64,000 nucleotides of DNA from Yuukianura sp. NJ FZ-2021 (Eukaryota). How positions within the stretch are numbered: the stretch's first letter is position 1; each line of letters starts with the position of its first letter. The stretch lies in the NCBI GenBank assembly GCA_046563655.1, contig CM102290.1, positions 10,292,001 through 10,356,000 on the forward strand, read 5' to 3'. Positions 49,810 through 61,894 of this stretch are shown here, piece by piece. A model generated the notes under the pieces. That model did not search any database, was not told the DNA's origin, and saw nothing but the letters and a program-made list of their open reading frames with translations. Position numbers and translations under genes: made by a program.

Positions 49810-52336
49810 CGCAACAATGAATCTTCGTCTCCAGTTGCCTTTAATTGTTTCTACCAACTAAATTGGATCACACTTCAAAAGTCGAGAAAGTCGTCGTCCT
49901 TGTCTCGTTCTATTTGCTGGTATAGTTTTACTGCGCTGAAATTGATAAGAACAAAGGAATCGGAATGACAATAGGACATCAACAACTTAACGACTATTTA
50001 ATTGTCTCGCTTGTTTGCAAACATGCTATGATTCCTCGCTCTCCAGTTGCTTACTTAGACTTACCAATGACTCACAGTTACAGTTTGATTGATAATAGCG
50101 TAAATCCAAGTTAAACTTTGTTGAACTCGCGTCGCCCAGTGTACAGTTGTTTTGTTACAGTCGTAATCTGCTCTCAAAAGTTATTTTTTTTTGTGACAGT
50201 TGAGGAGTTGAGTAATTTCGTCTTCCTGGATCTTTGTGAACGAGGAAACGAGAAACTGGATGCTAACTTTTATCTTTATGTTGGTTACCAAGCAATAGAT
50301 GCAGATTATCCAATGAGTTGTTGTAAAGGAGTGACCACACGAACAACCGTTGTTGTACTCAATTAATTGCGGATTGAGGTGGGGTTGATGAGGATGATTG
50401 GAGTCAACTGGCAAATCTACTGCGCATTACCTCCCCAGGCCCACTTGACACTTGACACTTCACACCTCCGTGCCGTCGTTCATTCAACCTCTCAGCTCCA
50501 GAACTCTTGCACTGGCATTCCAATCACACCTAAACAAATATAAAAGTAAACAACTTGTCAGTTTTGTTTAGGAATTTAGCATAAACGGCAAATTCCACAA
50601 AGTTCAAGGTCATCCAGCACTTATCTACTATGTGTAGTATGTTAATTCATGTGTATTGTGATTCTTACCCAGGATGCCGTTCTTCTGGAAATCTGCAGAG
50701 AGTTTGTACTTTGACCTTGTGACCTTTGACTTGAGCTCCTCCTGTGGTTAGCAGAGACCGACTTTGTGACCAAACCGACTGAAACTAAAAATGTTTAAAC
50801 TAGAAATAAAAAGTGAATTGGGCAGAGGATTAATGGGCAGTAACTTAAGACTAGAAGCGTGAAATTAGAAAGGGATTTTTGGGTTTTTTTTTTGGCAGAG
50901 ATCACCTACTGCCCCACAACAACAAAACAAAACTTTTTCCTTCTCAAACCAGTTTCTGTTCAAAACATGATCAAAACCTAACCTAATAAATCGACACGCT
51001 CCCCCAACTTCTCCTATTAAAGTCAATGAACATTGAGCAGTTGATGCTTTTTAGCAAGAGAACTCACTGACAAAAAATACCCACAAAACTCCCAGTCCCA
51101 GGCGATCTGCGTCTCAAAACATGTCCCTGCCCCACTTTTTGCAAAAATTCAAGAAGCACAAGCCTAAAACCGTGCCGTAGTTGCACAAAACCAAACTTTG
51201 TGGTGGAACAAATGAATTTTTGCAACTGCATCTTGCATTTTGATGCAACTTTGTTCCCTCATTCATCTTAATTCTGAATTAAAGCATGTTTAGAGTTAGA
51301 CAGAGGTAGGACGCAAGGGAAAGAGCCCTTGAACAATTAAGCAAACTTAGCACGTAAAAACTAAACTTGCATGAAGTCGGCTTGAATGACATGACATTGC
51401 GAGTTTCTGCAAAAACTGGGTCTTGAGTACGCAATCCAAAGAATTTGCAAAAGTGCACAATACACGTTTCGAGTGTTTGCCGTTTTTTTTTTTTGCAACT
51501 AACTTAGTAACTGAAGAGTGAAGGCCACCGGAGAGACATTATAGAGATAAGATCTGTGGATTTCTGCAAACATCACACAGATAACCACGATTCCTCCCAT
51601 TTCATGGTAAACGCCATGCACTGTTTAATTTCACTCTTAATTTCAATTAACTATCATGCTTAACACGGATTTTACCGGTTTCTGTTCTAACGAGTTCTAA
51701 GTCTGACACACTATTGTCTCTACACGGCACAAAAGCTGCCTTTTTTGACTGATTCCAAACAGCTTTTGTTTGAGTAAGTTAATTTTTTCAAATTGCTATA
51801 ACTTTATCCGAAAACTGTGTCGTTCATCGCATTAATTGGTGAATTAAGATTAATTAACGCAATTAGCATCACTCGGCGTCTTTCTCGTGTGCATAAGGAG
51901 ACTTGTGAGCGTGGCTTTCACCAAAAGTGAAAAGTGCGGGAAACGATGGAGGACTTTCACTTTTGGCGGGAAAACTGCAGAATTTGATCATTTTGCTATT
52001 CTTTTTGCAAACCTTCAATTTTCAATTTAAATTTTCAATCTTTACATTGTTCCATTATTGTTCATGGAGGTCACGGTTTATCACGTTAAATTACGAACGG
52101 AACGGGGCGTATCCTGTTTAGGTTTTTATTCAATCTACATGTTCGCCAAATTAAAAATCATGTTTATCTTATTTTAAGTAACGCTACCCAAATTTTTTGC
52201 TTTAAACGATTTACGAGCCCTTCTTCCACGGAGACGGACACGGAACTACTAGAACAGAAACTGGATCATTGCCATTGTCATCTTGTCGAAGTACTATAAC
52301 ATCAGGCTTATCTGATCAATCGAGCGGAACTGCACG

Positions 52337-54233
52337 ATGAGCGGAAATCATAGAATTTTGTAAGAGCAATATCTTATTTGATGGTTTTAATTTATTAATG
52401 ACTGATGAGCATATGATTTAGTGTTGTATGTGTCTGATTACAGTACTGTACACGAGGAGTATGCTTTGTCTGTGGTCCAGACGGCTCTTCCTAACATTGA
52501 TCGGGATGGCTGTATTGATATTCTGCAGAATACGGGATGGAATCGTAAGAAAAGTTTGTCCGTTGTGTTTACTTGAGTATTCTACTAACTGTTTAAATAA
52601 AAATTAGCTGATGCGGCTGTGGACATGATGGGTGGACGAGAAAACATTCCGAAAAAGTTTGGCAGTGAGAAAGACTGGCCGAAGCTGTCTGACACACAAA
52701 GTAATTTCTCTTCATTTTTTAATGTGCTCAATCCGTTTAACGTAAACGTTTTGTTTTTTTTTCTTAGGCGGGAAGAATACTCAGGCTCCCATGGGTCGTC
52801 GTCGTACTTCCTCTGGAGACGGGAATGTGGTCAAGACCAAGATTTCCCAGTATTCGCTCAAGCATTCCAGCTCCATTCCACTGTCACCAAATACTAATAG
52901 CGAAACGCGTTCTCGAAGCCGGTCTTCGCCATCCGTGACAAGCAAGTATGAACATCACGGCGTGGTTTCAGTGTCTACAGTTTCTTCCTCAGTCTCTTCG
53001 GGATCGAACCCTGATGATTTGGAACGGGAAACTCCAGATATCTTCGAGCCTATTGACGGAGAAAATTGGCAGGAGCTTAACCTTGATGCAGCTTTTTTAA
53101 AGTCCCTATCTCAACTTTACCCTGATGGATTGACGGACGACATGAAGGGAGGCGTCAAGATACGCATTCCACCTTCGCTGTCTTTTGAACTCTATCGCTT
53201 GATCTTGCTCAATGAAACATACCGTCAGAGTGTCGTTTCCACTGATGATGTAGAAGGGGAGCCAGAGATGGAACGTCCAACATCAGCACCGCCATCGAAT
53301 GGCGCTAAAAACTACACATTTGACACTGGCATGCTACAATCCATTTCCACCATCAAAGTCTCTGATGATCAACCGTCCTCTTCCGGATGTAAAGCTGCTG
53401 CCACATCTACCAAGTCCGTTATGAAGTTTGAATTTAGTACTCACGTGAGTGATTAATCGCAGTCCAGAATTCAAAAATAAGTTACGATCCTTACTTTTAA
53501 TTTTATTAGCAATTGAGCAAGTACGCTCAAAATTCGACAAGTTCATCATTGCCAGAAGACTTGGGAGCTGTAGGTGGTGATGGGACTGGAGAGGAGGAGG
53601 ACGATGGTGACCCTGCAAAAACCTGCCATCACTACCGAGAACTGGCATATTATCATCATAAAATGAGAAATGAGTACAAGGACAAGTTGTTCGGAGTTTC
53701 TCGTCAAGTGGGAAGCGGGGCAATCGCAGAACATTACCGTTCCGAGGTAATTGCCTACAGAATAAGCAATTAAGAAAGAGCAGTTTAAACTTTCTTTCTC
53801 TGATTAGATGCAAAAACATCAACGTCTGATGAACGACGCTAATCAGAAGGCTAAGGAATTAATCCTCCAGGAGGCCGATATGACTAAGACTGATACAATC
53901 CTTGATCTGCACATGCTGTTTTTGCAAGAGGCCATGAAAGAACTGCAGAAGTTTCTTCAAGTGAGATGCTATATTCCAGCCAATCTTGTCAAGCCAACCA
54001 ATTTTTATACTAAATTTTGTCTACTTCAGGTTTGGAAGCAAAAGGTTCGTAGCTGCGATGGCGGGAAAGTAATGCTGAAGATTATCACTGGGAAAGGGAA
54101 TAACAGCTACAGGAATGTTGCCAGGATTCGTCCCGCAGTGATCAACTGTCTCACGTCCCAGCACATCGCGCATGTCGTTGTCGATGGCATGGTCATTGTA
54201 ACTCTACACGCCGAGAAGGGCAAGAAGGTCTGA
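52337..54233 (+). CDS. CUE/UBA-like plus Smr-domain protein (Cue2/NONU-1/N4BP2-like architecture)
   Basis: N-terminal ALPNIDRDGCIDILQNTGWNPDAAVDMM (CUE-like). A helical DUF1771-like segment follows, then the Smr domain LDLHMLFLQEAM...LKIITGKGNNS...ARIRPAVINCL. About 7 exons. Confidence 0.85.
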
Positions 54234-54667
54234 CGCTCGTCCCAACAGCCATCCTCATCAATCCAATACCGTTCTGTCCCAAAATTCACCTGCCTTAAAT
54301 TCAAATCAAATTGTGATGTTTGTAATGCAGTCCTTTCGACACAGTGCAACGGTAACAAAACATAGTCTTGTTTTAGTACTTTTAAGGTGGGATAATAGAT
54401 TGTGATCCAAAACAAGTGCAAACCTACTAATCATAAGCTCATTAATTATGCAACAAAGTTTTATAAACGCGGCGTAGTTTTCAAAACTGCTGCTATTTAT
54501 AATCAAGTGACGACTATGGGAGATATCTTATATTACAACAAAAAATAAAATGATTTCATTACTTTAAAAGAAACATTGTTATTGGTGCTTCTCGGTACAA
54601 ATTCTGATACGCGAATAGTTTAATTGCCATTAAGTAAGCTGTGAAACGCACAACAGGTAAGAGTGTC

Positions 54668-54826
54668 GGTTGAGGTAAGGATAAATTGCATACGTTGTAA
54701 CCACCTCGGCATAACTTGTAATCCCCGAGTGGCTGATTTGGGTGGTTACAATAGAACAGTTATACCTCTAACCTAACGTAGCATAACCCGTGGATACAAC
54801 TTATGCAATTTGTCGTAACCCCAACC
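54668..54826. mobile_element. Degenerate 159-bp MITE
   Basis: 37-bp imperfect TIR (GGTTGAGGTAAGGATAAATTGCATACGTTGTAACCAC, 6 mismatches to the other end). Flanks are AGTGTC / ACTGTC. Confidence 0.6.
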
Positions 54827-54894
54827 ACTGTCAGTGGAATCCACAAAAATAAATCACGAAGTATCCTACAATGCTGGCAGGATTTAGTTGGAAT

Positions 54895-57105
54895 TCAGTC
54901 GAGTGCTGGCGGCCAGTCCAGCGCAACCTCCTGGATTTGGAATGCAACAGAAAAAAACGTCATGATAGAATAGCTAGTAACTCAAAATTCCTGAATATCT
55001 AAACCTACCGTCACATCTAGAGTAAGGATATCCGCTTCTACTGCTAAAATTGTTGAAATATTTGGCAACGTCCGACCTGTGATGTAGAAATTTCGAACTT
55101 TAAATAATGTTAAAATAACGACGTTGAGACAGAATTAAAAATGTGTTCTACCGAAGTCTCCGTGAACAAATTCTTTAACGTAAGTTCCAGCATCCGTTCG
55201 TACAAACAACTTGAACATTTCCGGTTCATCTGGAACTGCAACTGCCTTCATTTCTAGGATCCTTCGTTCGCGTGTTGCCAACGACCTTCGATGTAGAACT
55301 CTTACGGGAGTCTTCTGCTTGAGAGTGATAGGCATTGAATAACCGTTGAGCAACTTCAAATGATCTTCAGTAACTGAATGCCCAGGAAGAATACAAAGGG
55401 CACAGTACATTTTACTTTTGGATTCTTCGCCGGTTTTTAAAACGTTAACGTCTTTTCTAAAAACATACAAAAACGGTAGACTACAACCGAATAAACAATT
55501 TTGCTGAAAGGGCGCTAAAGCCTACTTACTTGTCAACAATTTGGATGTCTCGGACGGAAATCAAAGGCGTACTGGAATTAATTTGATTTTGTAGCATCAA
55601 CATTCTCTCTCTGGTAAATATTGTACGTTTGGGGTTAATCACTTCAAAAACGAAAGGTCTACCTATGCCTAGCATCCTAGAGTAATAAAACTTCTTTCTT
55701 GAACGTTCAATAACTTTAAAAAATTGGAAAGTTATAGTTTCACTTTACCGGACATCCACGTCCTCCCTTCCGGACGTACAAAACTTTGATTCTGAAGCAC
55801 CGAGAAACGTAATGATATGTTTGGTCATAAGCTCTTCCACAGAATCCTCTGCTTTTCTGACCTTGTTGTCCAGTATCCATGGTGTCTGACTCACTTCCCG
55901 CGAGTATTTGCAGTATCTACCTAAAACAGTTATCGAACAATATTTTAGAACCCCCATGCAGCGAATCACCACATTGAGCGTAATGATTAGTAAGTACTTA
56001 CCAGCGACATAGATTGGTTCGTGGTTGCAACGAACAGATTCGAGGCAAATTGATTTGGTTGGAATAGAAGGAGGGCATTGAAAGTGTAGTGAGAAGATGT
56101 CGTAGTCGATTGATTTCAAAATAGCTTCTACACTGCTGCGACTCACAGATGAATTCCCCATGGTGCCTTTCTTGTTCTTTCCATTCTTTTGAATGTACGC
56201 TCTCCTGTGGATTGTTCAAATTTCAACATAAACACACCAATGGTAACTCCATATCCTCTTACATAGGTTGGCATTCGATGTCATCGTCTTCGTATGATGT
56301 ATCGATCTGTACTGCGACAGTTCCCTCCACTCCCCAGAAACTTTTTGGGTCAACCTTGTCCTTCAGTTCTTGAGAAGTGATCCATTTCCATGTGGCCTTT
56401 ATGCTGACTCCATCCGGTTTCAAGTCATGAATAGGACTAAGAAAATCTCCAAACTTCTGCAATCATCCACAAACAAACAAAATCCAGTAGCTGAACAAAT
56501 TCAAAATTAATTCATGTCGATAAAAACTCACATTTTTTAGGTGAAACCAAATGGAATAAGCCCGAATTTGGATTGCAATGGGAAGAGTTATAGCTGGACA
56601 GTATGAAACAGCCTCGATTCCAGTTTCCAAAACTTCCAGCGCAATCTGAATGGGAAGATGAAGAAAAGAATAAAAATATCCAGTACTTGAGCATTTCATC
56701 TTTCGCACAGCCTAGTATTCAGTAGTAAATACTTTTGAGAGCCATTGATCCTCGAGTCCATCTTGAAGCAGTCCTAGGCAAGCAACACAAGTATTCGGTT
56801 TGCGTTGTTTCAATAAGTCCATGTCATGTCCGTCGTCGGCATCAATTGTCATTGGAATGGTTTGACAAAGTACCTAGTGAAATAATCAAAAGTACAAGTC
56901 CACGTTTGTTCCTCTCCCTTTATATGTATAAAACTAATAAAAGCGATACATTTTGGATCCTCTCCTTGTTTCTGTACAATGTTGGGTCAGTGATACCCAA
57001 GTACCGCAGCACACAAATACTACAACAGCCAATTAGTTGGAGCTCACTGATCAGACTTCTCAGCTTAGCTTTGTCCATAAACACGAATCGGTGCGTCTCC
57101 TCCAT
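54895..57105 (-). CDS. PUS10: tRNA pseudouridine synthase Pus10
   Basis: GCCSICVLRY, CLLCLG, GRYCKYSREVSQTPW, SGREDVDVR|MLG, QKTPVRVLHRR, AGTYVKEFVHGDFGRT, DILTLDV, LDWPP. Multi-exon. Confidence 0.97.
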
Positions 57106-57710
57106 ATTGCAGTCTAACAAGACATAAAAGAAACTGTACACTTTGGAAATTTATTTGGCTAAGGCGCTAAAGCACAAGTTAATAACTATCTAAAACTAAT
57201 TAAATTTCTTACCTTTTTCGTTTTCTTGTGTTGCGTGTGTGGAGATGATGAGCCGCTTCTTCTTCGCTTGACTTGCTGGTTGCTGGTGGGTGATTTGTTT
57301 TGTTTTAACTTTTTTGAATGAACAGCTTCCCGCACTTTTGTGTCTGACATAGTTTACTTTTCCGAGGATTAGGCATTTGTGCATTCATGTTGAGACAAAA
57401 TGCGGGAACTCGTTTTGACAAATTCAAAAATTTTAGACTCAAAAAAACAGTACAGTAGGCATTTCAGATGCCAGACAGACTACTCTTCCATCTTCTGTTG
57501 TGTCAGCTGTCTGGCAATTCTGTCTTTCTTTTCATGTTTATAATTTTAACAATTTTATCTTCTAGTAATTAGTTGTTGAATTACTCATTACTACTTACTA
57601 TTACCTAAGTTTGTAATTGATTTGCTGGCCAGTGTGACCAGTTTCTCTTTGTCGAGTGTCAAGCTCTCGGTCTCTAGGAAGTTCGCCGGTATACTGACTC
57701 TGTGTCAGTC

Positions 57711-59836
57711 ATGAAGCGAAGTCGAGCAGGGAAGTCCAAATTGGCTCCAGTGAAGGGGCAGGGGTCAAAGCCCAAGGTGAGTCGACGAGATGTACCAGCG
57801 GGAGATGTGGCAGCCATCTCTCCTTATCAGGTGCATGAGAAGATACTATGTTATGAACCAGATCCTGCCAAGTGTAAAGTACTTTATGAAGCAAAGGTAA
57901 GTCTAAACCCACTCATAAAGGATTATCAACCAATTAAATTAATACCTTATACCTTGTCACTATCTCTTCTCGGTTTGTTTTTCAGATACTCAAGATTTCT
58001 TCGTCGCAGGACGATGCTGGCAAAATGGAGTTCCAGTATCTTGTCCATTTCCAAGTACGTAATCTTTTAAATTCATTAAACCTAAAGTGGTTTCATACTT
58101 CGAATCGGTGAATTCAGGGATGGAACTCATCATGGGATAGATACGTAGCTGATGATTTGATCATGAAGGACAATGAAGAAACCAGGAAGCTTCAAGAGGA
58201 ACTTAACCTTCTTGCTGCAGCTCAGCAGCAGAAGAAAGGGTAACCGTCTACTTATAGTATTTGAAGTTATAGAAGTAAGCTAATTGACTCATTTGATTAA
58301 TTGCAGCAAGCAAAAAGTTCCTCCAAAGGTTCCACACGAAAGGAATTCGGCACCAGTGAATAAGCGTCCGCACAAGACAACTGCTGGGAGACGACGAGTT
58401 GTCCCTGATCGTAACAGCGTCCAATTTCTTCAGTTAGAGCAAACCGACGGAGCTGAAGACAGCGAACCAGAGGAGGATAATTTCAACATCCATGTGAACT
58501 TCCTCAAACCATTCTCGGAACTGCTTCACTTCGACTACACTAGTGTTGCTCTGGAGAAGAAAGTAAACCAACAGGCTTTCTTACGCTTCGTAAGTCGGTT
58601 TCGATTCATCACTAACATTTGAATTTTCTGTTTTGCAGGTACCACAATTGCCAGCGCCTGTCAGTGCAATGGAAATACTTGAACGCTTTGTGAAGTTCAC
58701 ATCGTTTGAAAAACTGGACAAATGGTACAAGAAGTTCGTATGGGAGCAGGAAGCCCTTCAATCATCAACTGGGAAGGTGGGGGTTCAACCAGTTTCTGCT
58801 GAAAAGAAAACCCCAGATGAGCTGCTGAAAATTTTGAACGAAGTTGAAATAACCAAGCAGCTAGCAACTGATACGGCTCTTGTATTTGATGTCTACGTAG
58901 AGATACGTCTTCTCTACGATTGTGAGAAAGCTCGCTATGAAGAATGCATAAAAAACATAACCGAATTCGTCAGATCAGCTACAGTGTAAGTGTATACTTT
59001 ATGCCAAACCAAAGTATAACTAGAGAATAAGAGAATGAATGCTATGTTTATTTCGATTTGTGTGCGTTTTTAGTGAAGTTCCGGAGGGACTAAAATCGCT
59101 GGTATTGGATCAGAACGAAAAGAGCGAAACGATGGAAAAGATTGACCAACAAGTTGGTATGCTCTATTATTATAATTTTTTGTTGTTGTTTTAAACTTAG
59201 ATTCCGTTTGTTTTTCCAGTTACCAAAACTGCGGAGAAGAAACCGAAGCAGCAACCTGTTGCTGGATCGTCGACGTCCAGTGGATCTGGATCGTACTCTC
59301 AAAAATATTTTCAAAAAGCAAAATCGGTTTAAAAGATAAATATTTGAAACTTTTTTTTTGTTTGCAGAGATGTGAAAGAGAGTTCTACGGACACCGACGA
59401 AGGTTCGGGAGAAAATGTGCACTACAAGGAAACTGTAGGAAAGCACACGAAGGAATTGGAAAATTGGAGTCTGGTTTGCTGGAAATGTAAGATCCCGAGA
59501 CCTTCGCTCGTTTATGGCCTGCCACATCTCCTCCGACAATTGAGTACGTTTAATTAATTACATTAATTAAATATTGGCTAAAGGTTAAATTCATTGACAA
59601 TTACTCGACTTTAGTTACATGTTGTCTTGATTTCAGTACAACTCCCGGAAGTTCTTTATAAAATGGATTTGAAGAAATCCAGGATGGAACAAGTCAGCAT
59701 CTTCGTCAATAGACTCATTGAGTAAGTAAACAAAATTGAACAAAGGAGTCATATATTTGTTATGTGCACAAACTCTTATCCTTTTAGCTTCATTGTCGCC
59801 AACTTTACTACGGAAGATTTGGTCTACGGGTCCTAA
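57711..59836 (+). CDS. MSL3: MSL3-like chromo-barrel plus MRG domain protein
   Basis: EKILCYEPDPAKCKVLYEAK (MSL3-type EPDP insert), YLVHFQGWNSSWDR, QLPAPVSAMEILERF, PSLVYGLPHLLRQL, LPEVLYKM. Confidence 0.88.
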
Positions 59837-60423
59837 AGATGGAATGGAAGCTATATTGGAATCAAATTCAGCAGTCAGCATCAATCAAGCCCAGTTCTGT
59901 ATGTTAGAGATTCTACCAGTAAGTTTATACCATGCATGTTCTAAATCCCTAAAAAAAATTAATTTTTTGAAGTAAACTAGAGTGTAAGTGGTTGGTACAG
60001 TGAACTTTTCATTTTTTACTTTCCAAAATTTTTTTTAGTTTTTTTACTGTTTGTAATTTTAACTAGCCTAATCTAATCTTTTAACTGGTGTGACTGGAGT
60101 TAACATTTTGAGGGTGAGTGACCCTATGTTACCTTGAGGTTGACCTTGTTTTTGTCATGCTGCCGCTCCGTAATTGCTGTAGCAACAAGCACACTAATCT
60201 TCATCGACAATATTCCACTGTAATCAACTCTGCCGCGATAATAGAGTGGGTGGATGACTGAATGAGTCTGGTGGTTTTGTGGAACGCACACGCCAAATAT
60301 CTCTTTTCTGATTTCTGCCGCTTGCTTTTGGCACTCACCTCACAAAAACTCATCCGCTCTCAATCAGTTCCTTCTCCTCTGCCACACAACAAACATCAGC
60401 TTAGGGCAAAGGTCAGCCTAACC

Positions 60424-61894
60424 ATGACCTCCAAACTCCTAGACACGTTAAACCAGCAGGTAATTCCGCCAGTATTTCTCATCTTCTTCACGGCCATCGT
60501 GCCTCTGATCGTCCAATTCGGAAACCCAAGCAGTTCATTAACGCTACAAAGTGTGACGGGAAACACATTCGCATGGACGTTCATTGCCTGTATTGTCGTC
60601 TGGGCCTTGATTTGGCTCCGCCTGTCGCACAAAAAGTTCCGTGGACCACCGACACCCTTTGGACACTATCCAGTTTACGAAGTATGTGGCAAAAGCAAGT
60701 AAAACACATTAATTAAGACCAAACAGCATCTCCTTTTTGTGTGGTTTATAGGCAAATGGAGAGGCTTACTACGTGGGAAGTCTGGCTGCCCTTGGTCTGG
60801 TGCTGTACTTGGATCCATCAATCGCCATTTTGATTTATGAAAATCATGGACCAATCCTCGGAGGACTCAACGTTTTGGGGCTTGCGCTCTGTACATATCT
60901 TCTCCTCAAAGCAAAACTGAAGACAGAGGAAGAAGATCCTTATCTGAGAAACACGGTGAGAAAAAAGCGCCTTATTTCAAAATCTTCTAGCATTTTATAC
61001 ATTTGTTGTCTTTTGCAGAACTTCCCTCTGGGGTACGAGTTCTACCGTGGAATGGAACTTCAGCCGCGTCTCCTCGGTGTCAATGTGAAGCAGCTCACCA
61101 ACTGTCGGATCGGTCTCATGCTGTGGCAGTGGTTGGTGATCACTGATCTCGTCGCGTCTGTCCAGTTGAATGGCATTTCTCCGGGCCACGTCGTCAGTGC
61201 TCTGCTCCAGACAATCTACCTGTACAAGTTCTATCACTGGGAAACTGGTTATTTCAATACTCTGGACATTACGCTGGACAGAGCTGGCTACTTCATCTGT
61301 TGGGGCTGTCTCGTGTGGGTACCCTGTCTGTATACCTTCCACAGCTTCTACTTTGTCGCACATCCACCACAGATGGATTACATCAGCGCCTGCGTCCTGG
61401 CATTCGTAGGACTCATTGCCATCTACCTCAACTACGAAGTGGATCGTCAGAAGGAACTGTTCCGAACGAAGAAAAGCACGAAGCTCCAGGTAAGTTTTTG
61501 CAAATTCCTGTTTTCCAGATGTTCTCATTGGGCGGGTTTAATTGATTACTTTTGTTAATTTGACTTTTAGGTGTGGGGCAAAGACGTAGAATGGGTGAAG
61601 GCCAGCTATCGCCTGAGCAATGGTGAGCTGAAGGAGTCGAATCTGTTAGTTTCTGGATGGTGGGGCATAGCACGCAAGATCAATTATACTTTTGAGTTGG
61701 TGGCTGCATACTGCTGGTGTGGTGGGGCAGGATTTGTTTATGGAGTCTGGCCTTTCATGTACGCCATTTTCCTGACAGTACTTCTCATCCATCGAATCTA
61801 CAGAGACGAAGAAAAGTGTGCCAAGAAGTATGGGAAAGCATGGAATGACTATTGCGCAAGAGTTCCATACCGACTCATTCCTTACGTTTACTAA
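60424..61894 (+). CDS. DHCR7: Sterol delta-7 (7-dehydrocholesterol) reductase, ERG4/ERG24 family, DWF5-type (~418 aa)
   Basis: Exons 60424-60681, 60752-60955, 61019-61489, 61571-61894. Motifs: GPPTPFGHYPVYEANG, FYRGMELQPR, TNCRIG, WETGYFNTLDITLDRAGYFICWGCLVWVP, LLVSGWWGIARKINY, HRIYRDEEKCAKKYG, YCARVPYRLIPYVY. Confidence 0.93.

Noticed and set aside
60262..60423. 54-aa upstream in-frame extension of the sterol reductase
   Set aside because: Family similarity begins near M60424. The extension cannot be excluded but is unsupported.
60995..61528. 177-aa antisense ORF, and similar antisense ORFs over insc and the Smr gene
   Set aside because: Shadow ORFs opposite well-supported coding exons.
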